Below are positions 19,535 through 28,772 of a stretch of DNA of 32,000 bases, in pieces. Every line of letters starts with the position of its first letter. The stretch's first letter is position 1. Where the stretch lies: assembly GCA_965231145.1 (NCBI GenBank), contig OZ246420.1, forward strand, positions 270,001 through 302,000. The letters are read 5' to 3'. Under the pieces are notes generated by a model. The model searched no databases. It saw nothing but the letters and a program-made list of their open reading frames with translations, and was not told where the DNA came from. This DNA is from Candidatus Saccharimonadota bacterium (lineage in GTDB: Bacteria; Patescibacteriota; Gracilibacteria; Absconditabacterales; Absconditicoccaceae). A program made the position numbers and the translations under genes.

Positions 19535-20361
19535 TGTCTCCATCGTGTCATCCAAAGAGATGAAATATCACGATAGTGGTGCTGTTCCTTATGATAGCGT
19601 CAGGGCTTCTTGCCCTGCTGACTTTACAGTTTGTAAAGCACTTCCTTTCTTCTAGTGCTGTCTTGGATCACTACTATAAAGCCTACTATATGGCTCGTGG
19701 AGGTATGGAGGCGATGCTTACTCAAGCAAATCTTCGTGGCTATGGATTTGAATACAATCTGGCTGGCTCACCCGTAGCAGCTAACTATTACTCAGGTTGC
19801 TCTGCGCACGGAATCTGTCAGTTGCAAGGGCGTACGATCGCAAAAGGCGAAAGTATTAACGCTACGGTTCACAGCTTATCAGATCGCACATGCTCGCCAG
19901 AGGCTATGATTCTACTCCAGCCAGGGCAAACGAGCGCCTATCCACTGTTTTACGACAGGGGAGAGGGACCAACCCTCTCATTTGACCCGGTAGAAGATAC
20001 CGACTATGAGAAAAACGCCCACAATGGGTACCAAGTTACCGTGAGTGGAGGAAAATTGGCTGCGTTTTTATATGATGCAGGGATAGGGTCATTTGGCCAG
20101 ATAACTGCTACCGATTATATAGTGCCACCAAGCTCTTCACATTTGTTTAGTACACAATCTATTACATATACACACCGGCTTATTCTTTCGAATCCGGTAG
20201 ATAATCCTGTTGCTGTGTCATATTGCCTTCAAAGCGATGAGACGGCGCAAAAGCTCGTCGGGAATTTTACCACAATCAGTTCCCAGGCGACCTACGAGGA
20301 TACAACGGTCGGACTGACAGCAATGAAGAAATTTGTCTTTCCTAGTGCCTTTATCCAGTAG
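19534..20361 (+). CDS. PilX-like / pseudopilin-like membrane-anchored protein, 275 aa.
   Basis: The ATG at 19534 overlaps the dnaB stop (TAATG). The N-terminus is KR-G-NITIVVLFLMIASGLLALLTL, followed by YYKAYYMARGGMEAML, which resembles the PilX N-terminal pattern (hydrophobic helix then A..AEaG). The assignment is tentative. Confidence 0.45.
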
Positions 20362-20384
20362 CCTTTTATTACTGTTACGGTTAC

Positions 20385-21236
20385 ATGTATAAGTATTTGA
20401 AAGTTATTGTCGCAACATGAATTATCTCTACTGCTCTCTATTCTATAGCATTTGCTTATGATCTGACGGCTCATGACACCAATCTTGTCTGGCAGCTCAA
20501 TCAGGAAGTAGATAAAGCTATCCAGAGTACTGAAAGATCTCCTGTCTTCATCGAGAAAGCAGCATCAAAATTTAGTACCCTTGTGGATAGCCTGTCGGCT
20601 GATCCTAGAAAAAGGGCAATTATGAAAAATGTCTTTGAACACACGCACAATCAGCTTGTGCTCGCTACGGATACAAGTGTCCGTGCATTTAAGCAGGCGT
20701 TTGTGAACAAATATATAGATAATCTTCAGGGTGATGCCTTTGAGCTCAGGCTCCAGTGGTGTGTCCAGAAATTTGATATGGTAAATACGATTGCCAAGAA
20801 ATATGATGTTCCACCAGCTCTTATCCTTGCAACATGGTTTATGGAAGCAAGTTGTAGACAGGCAAACCCAGATAATAAAAATGGTATCTTCCAGATTACC
20901 TCTCACTACTATGAGCCAGGACCTATTGATGATGCTGAGCTTGAAGAGCAGATCATCGACTTCATAGAGTTCTCTCGTGCAAAGTGGAGCTGGTATCACA
21001 AGAGTAATCCAGATCGTCAAATAACACTTACCTATAAGAAGTGGGATCTTGAAAGTCTTGAGACTCAGGGAGCCCTCTACAATAGCGTGGGTAGTAGTAT
21101 CAATGCATGGCCACTGAGAGCTACGAACCAATACTATAACTGGGGCAATTTCTCTCCAGAGTGGAGATCGAGTGTAAAAGATGGTATGATAACTGCATTT
21201 GTGAGACTCTTAAATTGGGAACTACAGAACAGATAA
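20385..21236 (+). CDS. Lytic transglycosylase / lysozyme-like protein with N-terminal signal anchor, 283 aa.
   Basis: The N-terminus MYKYLKVIVAT-G-IISTALYSIAFA is recovered through TGA at 20418. The SLT-like catalytic block is LILATWFMEASCRQANPDNKNGIFQIT (family pattern E-S....GlmQi). Confidence 0.55.
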
Positions 21237-21270
21237 TTCGAAATGTTGAATTCGAAATTCTAAATATAAT
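21234..21270 (+). repeat. Stop-codon-abutting 37-nt conserved motif, copy B (after the transglycosylase-like gene).
   Basis: The sequence is TAA TTCGAAAT GTTGAA TTCGAAAT TCTAAATATAAT. It differs from copy A at one position and is followed by a terminator hairpin. Confidence 0.8.
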
Positions 21271-21275
21271 ATAGT

Positions 21276-21308
21276 AAAAAAACTGAGAGCGTTAGCTCCA
21301 GTTTTTTT
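21276..21308. terminator. Bidirectional terminator between the transglycosylase-like gene and murD.
   Basis: The sequence aaaaaaACTGaGAGCgttaGCTCcCAGTttttttt forms a stem with one mismatch, flanked by A and T runs. Confidence 0.7.
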
Positions 21309-21333
21309 ATATTTAATATTCAACATTTAACAT

Positions 21334-22584
21334 TTATAATTGCTGTACCGCGTGAATGAATTGATGTGCGCGGTCGAGGTAGTCTTTGAACATGTCAAAG
21401 CTGGCGCAGCCAGGGCTCATGAGAATCACATTGATATTATTATTCTTAGCGTACTCATAGGCAAGAGAAACAGCTTCTTCCATAGTTTTTGCATTGGTAT
21501 GTGCTATGCCTTGCTTCTTCGCGATCTCGGTAAATTGAGGAGCAGTAGTACCGATAAATACTCCATAGCCAAGAGTCTGCTTCATAAGATCTCCGAGTTT
21601 GCTGAAGTTATCTCCTTTGTCTGAGCCTCATGCAATAAGTACAATAGGCCCAGGGAAAGCTTCGAGTGCAACATTCAAAGCCTGTGAACTTGTTGCTTTG
21701 CTGTCATCATAGAACTTGATGCCAGATTTCTCAGCAATAAGCTGGATCCTATGATCGAGGGGCTTGATGCTGTTCATCGTCGCATGGATGATATCATCAG
21801 ATACCGAATGGATATCGCTGAGAACTGCTTTTGCTACAAGGTAGCATACTTCAAGATTCCCGGCGTTATGCTTGCCGACAAAGTGCGTATTGTCGAGTGG
21901 GTAGTCATTTCCATACATGGTGATAGGTATGGCATGAGTCAGATCGACATGGTGTTCATGGAGGATGTCCATGACACCAGGCGTTATGAACGCCTGTTTA
22001 TTGGTATGTTGTATGAGAAGATATTTTGTTGCTACATAGTCTGCCATGTCTGGATGCCAGTTGAGGTGGTCTGGCGAGAGATTTGTCCATACGCTGTAGT
22101 CAAAGCGCATATCTTTTAGTCCATAGAGGAGAAATGATGAAAGCTCCGTTACGATGATATGCTTTTTGTTCGTAAGCTCTTTATCGAGGATATGATTGAG
22201 CGTCGTTGCGATAGACTCATCGAAATTTCCGCTCAGCCAGAGATGATGATCGGGGAGGAGTCATTTGAGTAGGTTATACAATACGTGACAGGTTGTTGAT
22301 TTGCCATCGGTTCCCGTAACTCCGATAAATGACAGGTTATCTTTCCATGGCTGTTTCTCGAGAAGCTGGCCAATAAAATTGAGCTCTGAGATAGTCTTGT
22401 GGCCGTATTTTACATAGATATCGCTGTCGGGCTTTACCGCCTGGTGTACAATAATCTGATCGGCTGTATCAAATAGTTCTTCATCCCGAGCATTATAATC
22501 GATACTTTTTGACTCAATCTTAAAGTGTCTGAGTAGCTTCTGAAGTGGAACTCCGATTTTCCCTTGGCCAAAGATTGCGATCAT
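21334..22584 (-). CDS. murD: UDP-N-acetylmuramoylalanine--D-glutamate ligase MurD, 416 aa.
   Basis: GVTGTDGKSTT is the P-loop. DHLNWH, KHNAGN and LIA-G-GSDKGDNF are also present. Three track ORFs share one frame and are joined by TGA at 22261 and 21628. Confidence 0.85.
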
Positions 22585-22625
22585 ACCTTAAAGTTTATAA
22601 AGTTAAAGGTTCATAAAGTTGAAAG

Positions 22626-23390
22626 TTATTCGTAATTATAGGTCTCAAGATCAAGGCGAGAAACATCATAGAGTATTTTCTTTTCAAGGTTATACCAGCA
22701 GTTTTCATAGATGTTCTTCTTGTTTTCCAGGTTGAAGAAGTTCTTTTGCATCATATATGCAGCATGCTTCATCATGACTCATGGATAGCAAAATAAGACC
22801 CAATCTTGTCTGTCTTTTATATAATCATTTTGATGAAAGCTAATCATTCACTTTATGCCTAGATAGATCATGAGGTGTTCTTCTAGAAAGAAATGGATCT
22901 GATTTTCGTCCAATGCTTTACCAAAGAGTTGAGCATCTTCGAGCATATATTTCTGAAATAATTTGTCTTTATCATAGATCTTTCTTAATTCTCTTAGCAT
23001 TTCTGGAAATTGTAGTCCTCACTTTATATCAAGATAGAGCTGATTTCGAACTCCAAATGAAAAGAAGCCTTCTGAATATTTCTTATTTCTTTTTAATAGC
23101 TTAATAAAACCATTTTTATGTTCTATCTCTAATTGCATATATTTGTTTTTTACTTCGCTGGTAGAGGCTTGATTGTAAAGATAGAGAAAATCTGTGTAAC
23201 TGAAATGAGCGCCTATGCCATTGTCTATTCTTTGGGTGTCAGGCTTATTTCAAAAGATTTCTATATGCTCAAAGCACTTTCCCGGCAATTGTTTTGTCTG
23301 AATATTGCTGATAGAAATGCCAAACCATAGTAATCACATGCCTTTTGGCATGTTCCCTATATCAAAAAACTGATTAGTAGCTGGAGCCAT
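22626..23390 (-). CDS. Hypothetical protein, 254 aa (visible only under table 25).
   Basis: My hand translation runs from ATG at 23390 to TAA at 22626 with five in-frame TGA and no TAA or TAG. The sequence is MAPATNQFFDIGNMPKGM-G-LLWFG...LDLETYNYE. I recognise no family. Confidence 0.5.
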
Positions 23391-23422
23391 AAGAAGCCCT
23401 TATGATTAAATGCTTTGAGTAT

Positions 23423-23455
23423 AAAAAAACTCCCGCCTGTTGCAAGGTAGGAGTT
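23423..23455 (-). terminator. Rho-independent terminator downstream of gyrA.
   Basis: The minus strand reads aactcctaccttgcaacaggcgggagttttttt, an 11-position stem with one mismatch and one wobble, followed by a T-run. Confidence 0.7.
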
Positions 23456-23459
23456 CCTT

Positions 23460-23496
23460 ATTATATTGAGAATTTCGCATTTAGAATTTCGAACTA
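23460..23496 (-). repeat. Stop-codon-abutting 37-nt conserved motif, copy C (after gyrA).
   Basis: The minus strand reads TAG TTCGAAAT TCTAAA TGCGAAAT TCTCAATATAAT. The length and register match copies A and B, and the TAG is the gyrA stop. Confidence 0.75.
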
Positions 23497-26016
23497 TTCC
23501 TCGTCACTTTGAGCTTCTTCATCGGCTTTCTTTTCAGCCTTAGTTTCTGCTTTTCTTTCTTCTTTCCATGCGGTGTTTTCTGCTTTTTCTTCCCATGGTC
23601 TGTAGATCGTTTCGATAGTTCCTGTGACGATCTTTTCCATAGGAGTATCCGGCATATCGAGGAGTACCTTATCTGAGTGGATAGTCTTGAGTTCTCCTGT
23701 AGTGAGTTTAATTCTTACTGAACCTTCCACCATAGCGATACCACCGGTAATCTTATCTTTACCTTCGATCTCAGCTACCTGAACGATCTTTCCACCACGC
23801 TTACCAAACTGAGATTTGCCGAACTTGAGATCTTCAAGTGCTATCATCTTCGCAGCGTTAGTACCATTGATAAGGATAAATGGCTCGTTCTTATAGATGA
23901 ACATAGCCGCCGGTCCATCACTTTCGTCCTCCACAGAGATAGCTTTTACGCCTGCAGCAGTTTTACCCATAGGGCGACATTGCTCTTCAGGGAAGAGAGA
24001 AAGGTATCCTTTTTGTGACAGTACTCCAATCTTGTCCTGGTCTCTCACTGCTTCCACTGCGATGATCTTCTCTTTGTCCGCGAGGGTCATGACTGTTGTA
24101 GGGAATTTCTTGAATGAGAGTAACAGTTCTTTTTTAATTTTTTTGAGACTGTTCTGATTTGAAAGGAATACGAGCTCTTTGTAATCATGGAGCATAGAAC
24201 TACAGAAGATCACATTTCCCTTGAGATTCCATTGTTCTTTTGGATCAACGGCAGGGGATTTCATGTTATGAGAGCCGATGTCCTTGAGTCTTTGGATAAC
24301 AAGTTCTCCTTTGTCTGTGATGACGATCAATTTATCTTGGTTATGTGTGTAGACAAGTTCGATCGTATCTTCAGGAAGAACATTTACTCTTGACTGGTAG
24401 AGAATGCGGAACGAATGATCAGCGCCGATCCAGAGGATCACATCTTCTTTTTTAGCATCTTCCTGCTTGAGCAGCTCTTTCATGCTTCCTGAGAGATTTG
24501 CGGCCCCGCCGTCGCCAACAAGCTCTGTTCTTCTTTCATCGCCATACGTTTTCTTCATATATTTCATTTCATCCGTCACCACTTTATCGAGTTTCTTTGG
24601 ATCATTGATGATACCTTCAAGATATTCGATAAGCTTCTTTTTCTCATCCATTTCATCCAAGATCTTCTGGATTTCAAGACCCACGAGGGATTGGAGTCTC
24701 ATCTGGAGGATATATTCCGCTTGAACATCTGAGAACTCAAACTTCTTTCCCATAAGTTTATCCTTCGCTTCCTGCTTATCATTTGAATGTCTAATAGCAT
24801 GGATTACATCATCCAAGATATCAAGCGCACGCTTCAAACCTTCGAGGATGTGCATCCTGTCTTTTGCCTTTCCGAGCTGGAATACAGATCTTCTGTAAAC
24901 AACTTGTCTTCTGAAGTCAGTAAACTCAAGTAAGAGATCCTTGATGTTAAGGAGTCTTGGCTGCATACCTTTTTCTACGAGCGTTACATTATTGATGTTG
25001 AAATTTGTCTGTAGCTCTGTGTACTTAAAGATTTTTGTGAGCACCGCATTTGCATCAACTCCTTTTCTCAAAGTGATACTTACTCTCATTCTTACTCTGT
25101 TAGACTCATCACGGATGTCTGTAACACCATCGATCTTCTTGTCTACCACGAGTTCTCCGATCTTCGCTACAAGCGAAGATTTATTTACCTGGTAAGGTAT
25201 TTCATCTATAACGATAATTTTTCCGTTTTTCCCTTCTTCAATATGTGTTTTCCCTCTCACGGTAATACCACCTTTTCCTGTTTCGTATACTTTCTTGATG
25301 TTCTCTCTGTCATACATAAGACCTCCAGTAGGGAAGTCAGGACCTTTGATAATTTCCATGATATCATCTATCGTTGCATCTGGGTTATCCATCAGCAGCA
25401 AACACGCATCAATAACCTCAGTAAGATTATGTGGTGCCATATTTGTTGCCATACCTACAGCGATACCCATCGTACCATTACAGAGGTGATTTGGAAATTT
25501 CGTTGGCATCATGATCGGCTCCTGACGAGACTGATCATAATTTTCTCTCCAGTCTACTGTATCTTGATCGATATCTTCGATCATCTCTTCAGCAATCTTT
25601 GTCAGTCTCGCTTCCGTATATCTCATTGCAGCGGCGCCGTCTCCATCGATAGAACCATAGTTACCTTGTCCATCAACGAGGGGATACCTCAAAGAAAATG
25701 GTTGAGCAAGTCTTACCATAGCATCGTATACAGAGGAGTCTCCATGGGGATGGTACTTTGCCAGTACTTCACCGACTACTGCTGCAGACTTTCTATACTT
25801 AGCATTGTGCATAAGTCCGATGTCGTACATCGCGTAGAGGATACGTCTGATCACTGGTTTCATACCATCTCTTGTGTCTGGAAGTGCACGAGAAACGATA
25901 ACCGACATCGCATAGTCGATATATGACTGAGTGATTTCTTTTTCGATCGAATGAGGAGTATTGTTTTGTACTATCTCCACTGGTTCATTTTGTTCTTTTT
26001 CTTTCTTTTCAGCCAT
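23494..26016 (-). CDS. gyrA: DNA gyrase subunit A, 840 aa.
   Basis: This is an intact ORF. It carries [20 protein letters not shown] and the active-site [10 protein letters not shown], plus a C-terminal beta-pinwheel region and an acidic/lysine tail. It contains no in-frame TGA. Confidence 0.95.
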   Translation of the reverse strand: MAEKKEKEQNEPVEIVQNNTPHSIEKEITQSYIDYAMSVIVSRALPDTRDGMKPVIRRILYAMYDIGLMHNAKYRKSAAVVGEVLAKYHPHGDSSVYDAMVRLAQPFSLRYPLVDGQGNYGSIDGDGAAAMRYTEARLTKIAEEMIEDIDQDTVDWRENYDQSRQEPIMMPTKFPNHLCNGTMGIAVGMATNMAPHNLTEVIDACLLLMDNPDATIDDIMEIIKGPDFPTGGLMYDRENIKKVYETGKGGITVRGKTHIEEGKNGKIIVIDEIPYQVNKSSLVAKIGELVVDKKIDGVTDIRDESNRVRMRVSITLRKGVDANAVLTKIFKYTELQTNFNINNVTLVEKGMQPRLLNIKDLLLEFTDFRRQVVYRRSVFQLGKAKDRMHILEGLKRALDILDDVIHAIRHSNDKQEAKDKLMGKKFEFSDVQAEYILQMRLQSLVGLEIQKILDEMDEKKKLIEYLEGIINDPKKLDKVVTDEMKYMKKTYGDERRTELVGDGGAANLSGSMKELLKQEDAKKEDVILWIGADHSFRILYQSRVNVLPEDTIELVYTHNQDKLIVITDKGELVIQRLKDIGSHNMKSPAVDPKEQWNLKGNVIFCSSMLHDYKELVFLSNQNSLKKIKKELLLSFKKFPTTVMTLADKEKIIAVEAVRDQDKIGVLSQKGYLSLFPEEQCRPMGKTAAGVKAISVEDESDGPAAMFIYKNEPFILINGTNAAKMIALEDLKFGKSQFGKRGGKIVQVAEIEGKDKITGGIAMVEGSVRIKLTTGELKTIHSDKVLLDMPDTPMEKIVTGTIETIYRPWEEKAENTAWKEERKAETKAEKKADEEAQSDEE

Positions 26017-26063
26017 TTCTTCCTGAAAAACAATAACTAAAAGTGCGTTCGAATAACCAATTC

Positions 26064-26091
26064 ACTATAGAGATTTAGTATGTGTTTGCAA
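26064..26091 (-). promoter_or_regulatory. Candidate sigma70-type promoter for gyrA.
   Basis: The minus strand reads TTGCAA-16 nt-TATAGT, about 50 nt upstream of the gyrA ATG. This is sequence resemblance only. Confidence 0.3.
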
Positions 26092-26207
26092 CTGGTAATT
26101 GCGATAAAATAATAGCTTATAAAAGCCATTTTTAGCGTTTTTCATTGTATGAAAAACTCTAGCAGCGGCGACAGAATTTTACTTGTTATGCTTATATTAT
26201 GAGATGG

Positions 26208-26398
26208 TCTTTTTTCGCCTTCTACGGGACCTACTTTTGCCCCGTATTTACTACGGGGCCCAAAAGTAGGCAAAAGCGCTCTTCACCGATTTTAGCGCAT
26301 AACATGCCAGAGAAACGATTAAGCATTGACTATGAAAGCATCTCGTCCTCACAACTCAATGCTTAATGAAGGATTAGTTATTTACGTGCGGAGTAAGA
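26208..26398. ncRNA. Candidate structured RNA element, copy 2 (paralog of 13898..14094).
   Basis: Closing stem TCTTTTTTCGC/GCGGAGTAAGA (26208-18 with 26388-98). Hairpin CCTACTTTTG..CAAAAGTAGG with inner stem CCCCGT/ACGGGG (26230-26270). Conserved CAAAAG and CCGATT spacers. Core AAGCATTGACTATGAAAGCATCTCGTCCTCACAACTCAATGCTT (26321-26364), nearly identical to copy 1. Confidence 0.5.
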
Positions 26399-26409
26399 TT
26401 TTTTCTACG

Positions 26410-26433
26410 AAAAACTCGACCATAGGCCGAGCT
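26410..26433 (-). terminator. Rho-independent terminator after the acidic hypothetical gene.
   Basis: The minus strand reads gctcggcctatggtcgagtttttcg. Its sequence resembles the 14109-14132 hairpin (aagCTCGG...CCGAGttttt). Confidence 0.7.
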
Positions 26434-26459
26434 TGCATAATGTTATGGAGAATTGTATG

Positions 26460-27023
26460 TTACAGTTGACTGTATAAGTCATCGAGTTTTTCTTCTTTTT
26501 CGGCTTCAGCTTGCTGTACAGCGACTTGGTTTTCTGCGCTACTGACGACGAGTTTTCGTCTGTTGAGACGACTCTCGCGCTGAGCGAGGATAGCTTCTTT
26601 TTCTTTCTCATCTTCCTGGATAAGGATCTGGAGATTCATTTGTTCCTCGACATAGATCTCAAAGAGTCTGAGAAGCTGGAAGCCCCAAAGTTCTGATACT
26701 TTTTTCACTACTACCTGATCTCCGCTTTGTACAGAGATGACAAAATCTGGATCATCTTTATCTGTGTTGTTATCAAAAACCCCATCAGAACTGAATGAAG
26801 CTGCAACTAACTGGATAAGAACATCTCGATCAAAGTCATCCTTGATCTCTTCAGGAACGAGATATTTCATGGCTGGGAAGAGGCTTACGTACTCTTTGTA
26901 CCAGTTTTGATCTTTAATGTCTCCCTGCACAGGACCAAATAACTTTTCGTATTTTTCCACAGTCTCTTTCTTTTCATCTTTTTCTCTGAGCTCTGCTACA
27001 TACGCTTGAAAATCAAACAGCAT
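26460..27023 (-). CDS. Hypothetical acidic protein, 187 aa.
   Basis: This is an intact ORF ending at TAA, with Glu/Lys-rich termini. I recognise no family. Confidence 0.5.
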   Translation of the reverse strand: MLFDFQAYVAELREKDEKKETVEKYEKLFGPVQGDIKDQNWYKEYVSLFPAMKYLVPEEIKDDFDRDVLIQLVAASFSSDGVFDNNTDKDDPDFVISVQSGDQVVVKKVSELWGFQLLRLFEIYVEEQMNLQILIQEDEKEKEAILAQRESRLNRRKLVVSSAENQVAVQQAEAEKEEKLDDLYSQL

Positions 27024-27056
27024 AGTTGATGTACGTTATATGAGTGAAGATAAAAA

Positions 27057-27551
27057 CTATTTTTGGAGTTGTTTCTTGAGAGAGTCATACTGTTTTTTCA
27101 ACATAACAACCTTCTCTTCTATCTGATATTTATCGTTTGCTTCGTCCCGCTTTCCTTTCATCTTTTCCTGCACATCGGCAATATGATCTTGGATCATAGC
27201 ACCGATCTCTTCTGCTTTTTCATGCGCCATATCATTTGCCTTATCTTTCCATTCCATCACTTTCTCTTCAAATTCTTTCATCTTATCTTCGATCATTTCT
27301 ACTTCTTTCTGGAACCATACTTTTACATCGTCCCATGTTCCTTCATAATCAAAGTTTTTAACTTCTTCCATCATTTCCTTATTTGCTCATACCCATCCTT
27401 CGAAGAAGGCTTTTGCCTTTTGGGCAGGGCCTGAAGCTTTATGTACTTTTTTCTGAAGATTCTTGTCTTTATGCCATAAAATAGCAGCCTGTCCTATGAT
27501 GAAACCAATAATTCACCATTTCCATTTCTTTATATTCATGCTCATCGTCAT
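27057..27551 (-). CDS. YtxH-like membrane-anchored coiled-coil protein, about 164 aa.
   Basis: Track ORF 27057..27374 extends upstream through TGA at 27390-27392 and 27513-27515. This gives MNIKKWKW-G-IIGFIIGQAAILW (TM) followed by a long charged helical region. The start is one of three ATGs at 27539-27551. Confidence 0.5.
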
Positions 27552-27622
27552 CGTGGTTATGAACTAAATGGTGCGATACTCTGCAACTCATACTATCCAA
27601 TAGTAAAAAATTTGCAAGAGCA

Positions 27623-28765
27623 TTACATGAAGAACTCTTTGATGAATTCATAGATAATTCCTGCTCCAAATATGATAATAATAAGATATGAGAAAAATGT
27701 ATTATACGGGAGAATATGGGTCGATTTTTTATTGTGCTTTTTCTGAAGGATAAGATTCATGGATCCAACCATAACACAGATGAGACCCGTGAAAATAGCT
27801 CCTGAGAAGCCCAATGTGCCGACGAAGTCGCTCTCTATGTAGAGATATGCAATCAGTGGGAGCAGCACGACCGTGGTCCGGGCATCCATGCTGTGGAAGC
27901 GGAAAGATTTTTCGAGAGTTTCTTTAAGATGTTCTCCGATAATAAGATGAGGAGAAACAAGTGCGAGTATGCCGACAAGACCGCTGAGTTTCATGACCCA
28001 TGTTGGGAGAAATGCCTGTAGTCCTGAGAGCGCGTCGGGTGAGGTGGCAGCTCATGAGATGCCAACGATAGATCGTCACCAGAGGAGGACGATAGATATA
28101 CAGATGATTCAGCTCGTAATGATGACTCATGGAAGGCGTTTTTTCTCTGAGCCCATCATATCTTCAATGAGTGGAATAGTTGAAACGCCGTTCAGTGAAT
28201 AGATAAGAATACCGTAAGGAAGAAACCATTGGCTATGATCTATGACAGAGAAGTGACCTGGGCTTGTCAGCGAGAATCCATAGATGATAATAAAGAGCAA
28301 AGTACAAACGAAAATAGCAACAATAATTTTGTCATACTTCTTAATGCTGTTTATGCCATGGATGAGGAACGCACCGATGCAGAGTGAGTAGATAGCTGCA
28401 GTCGTTGCAGGATGGACAGAGTATTCAGGACCGATAAGTAAGTTAAGAAATCAACCGATGAGTGATGTATATGCAAATAGTGCAATGAAAAACTGCATGC
28501 ACGTGACAAAGAGTCCTGCAAATCAAAGTCTTCTTGGTAGCAGTTTTTTTATCATGCCAGCGAGAGGCATCTTGTCGGGCATGCTCAGTGACACCTCAGT
28601 TTGGAGTAAATTTAAGATGATAGTGATAGCCCCAATGATGAGGGTCCATATCGTTCACCGCATAACTCCTGCGTGTGCAAAAACATATGGTACGCCAAAA
28701 AGGCCCGCTCCAAGCGTGCCTCCTATGAGTGTCGCGATTCAGACAATTTGTTTTTTTGTTAACAT
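27623..28765 (-). CDS. Amino-acid permease-like multi-pass membrane transporter, 380 aa.
   Basis: I verified the codons one by one: eight in-frame TGA and no TAA or TAG. The N-terminus IATLIGGTLGAGLFGVPYVFA is typical of aromatic/amino-acid permease families, and hydrophobic segments occur throughout. The ATG lies 7 nt after the dnaE stop. Confidence 0.65.
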
Positions 28766-28772
28766 TGCGTGC

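Noticed and set aside
20565-21131. A 188-aa minus-strand ORF overlapping the transglycosylase-like gene.
   Set aside because: The plus-strand frame carries the SLT-like catalytic block, a signal anchor and operon context. The minus-strand product has no recognisable features.
25243-25926. A 227-aa plus-strand ORF, and other plus-strand ORFs, inside 23494..26016.
   Set aside because: They are antisense to an intact, unmistakable gyrA. Their translations are Cys/His/Ile-rich and look like shadow-frame artefacts.
26044-26060. A T-loop-like GCGTTCGAATAACC string checked as a possible tRNA.
   Set aside because: The surrounding sequence cannot form acceptor, D or anticodon stems. I found no tRNA or rRNA gene anywhere in the window.
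13898-26398. The two paralogous elements as direct-repeat boundaries of a 12-kb mobile island.
   Set aside because: The enclosed segment carries core single-copy functions (hisS, dnaB, murD, gyrA) and no integrase or transposase. The copies are strongly diverged outside structural positions, unlike att sites or IS ends.
27469-27669. A 66-aa minus-strand ORF with a His/Asp-rich stretch (HHLVHNHDDDEHEY), considered as a possible metal-binding peptide.
   Set aside because: It overlaps the N-terminal part of the YtxH-like gene in another frame and the 3' end of the permease gene. It has no independent start context or support.
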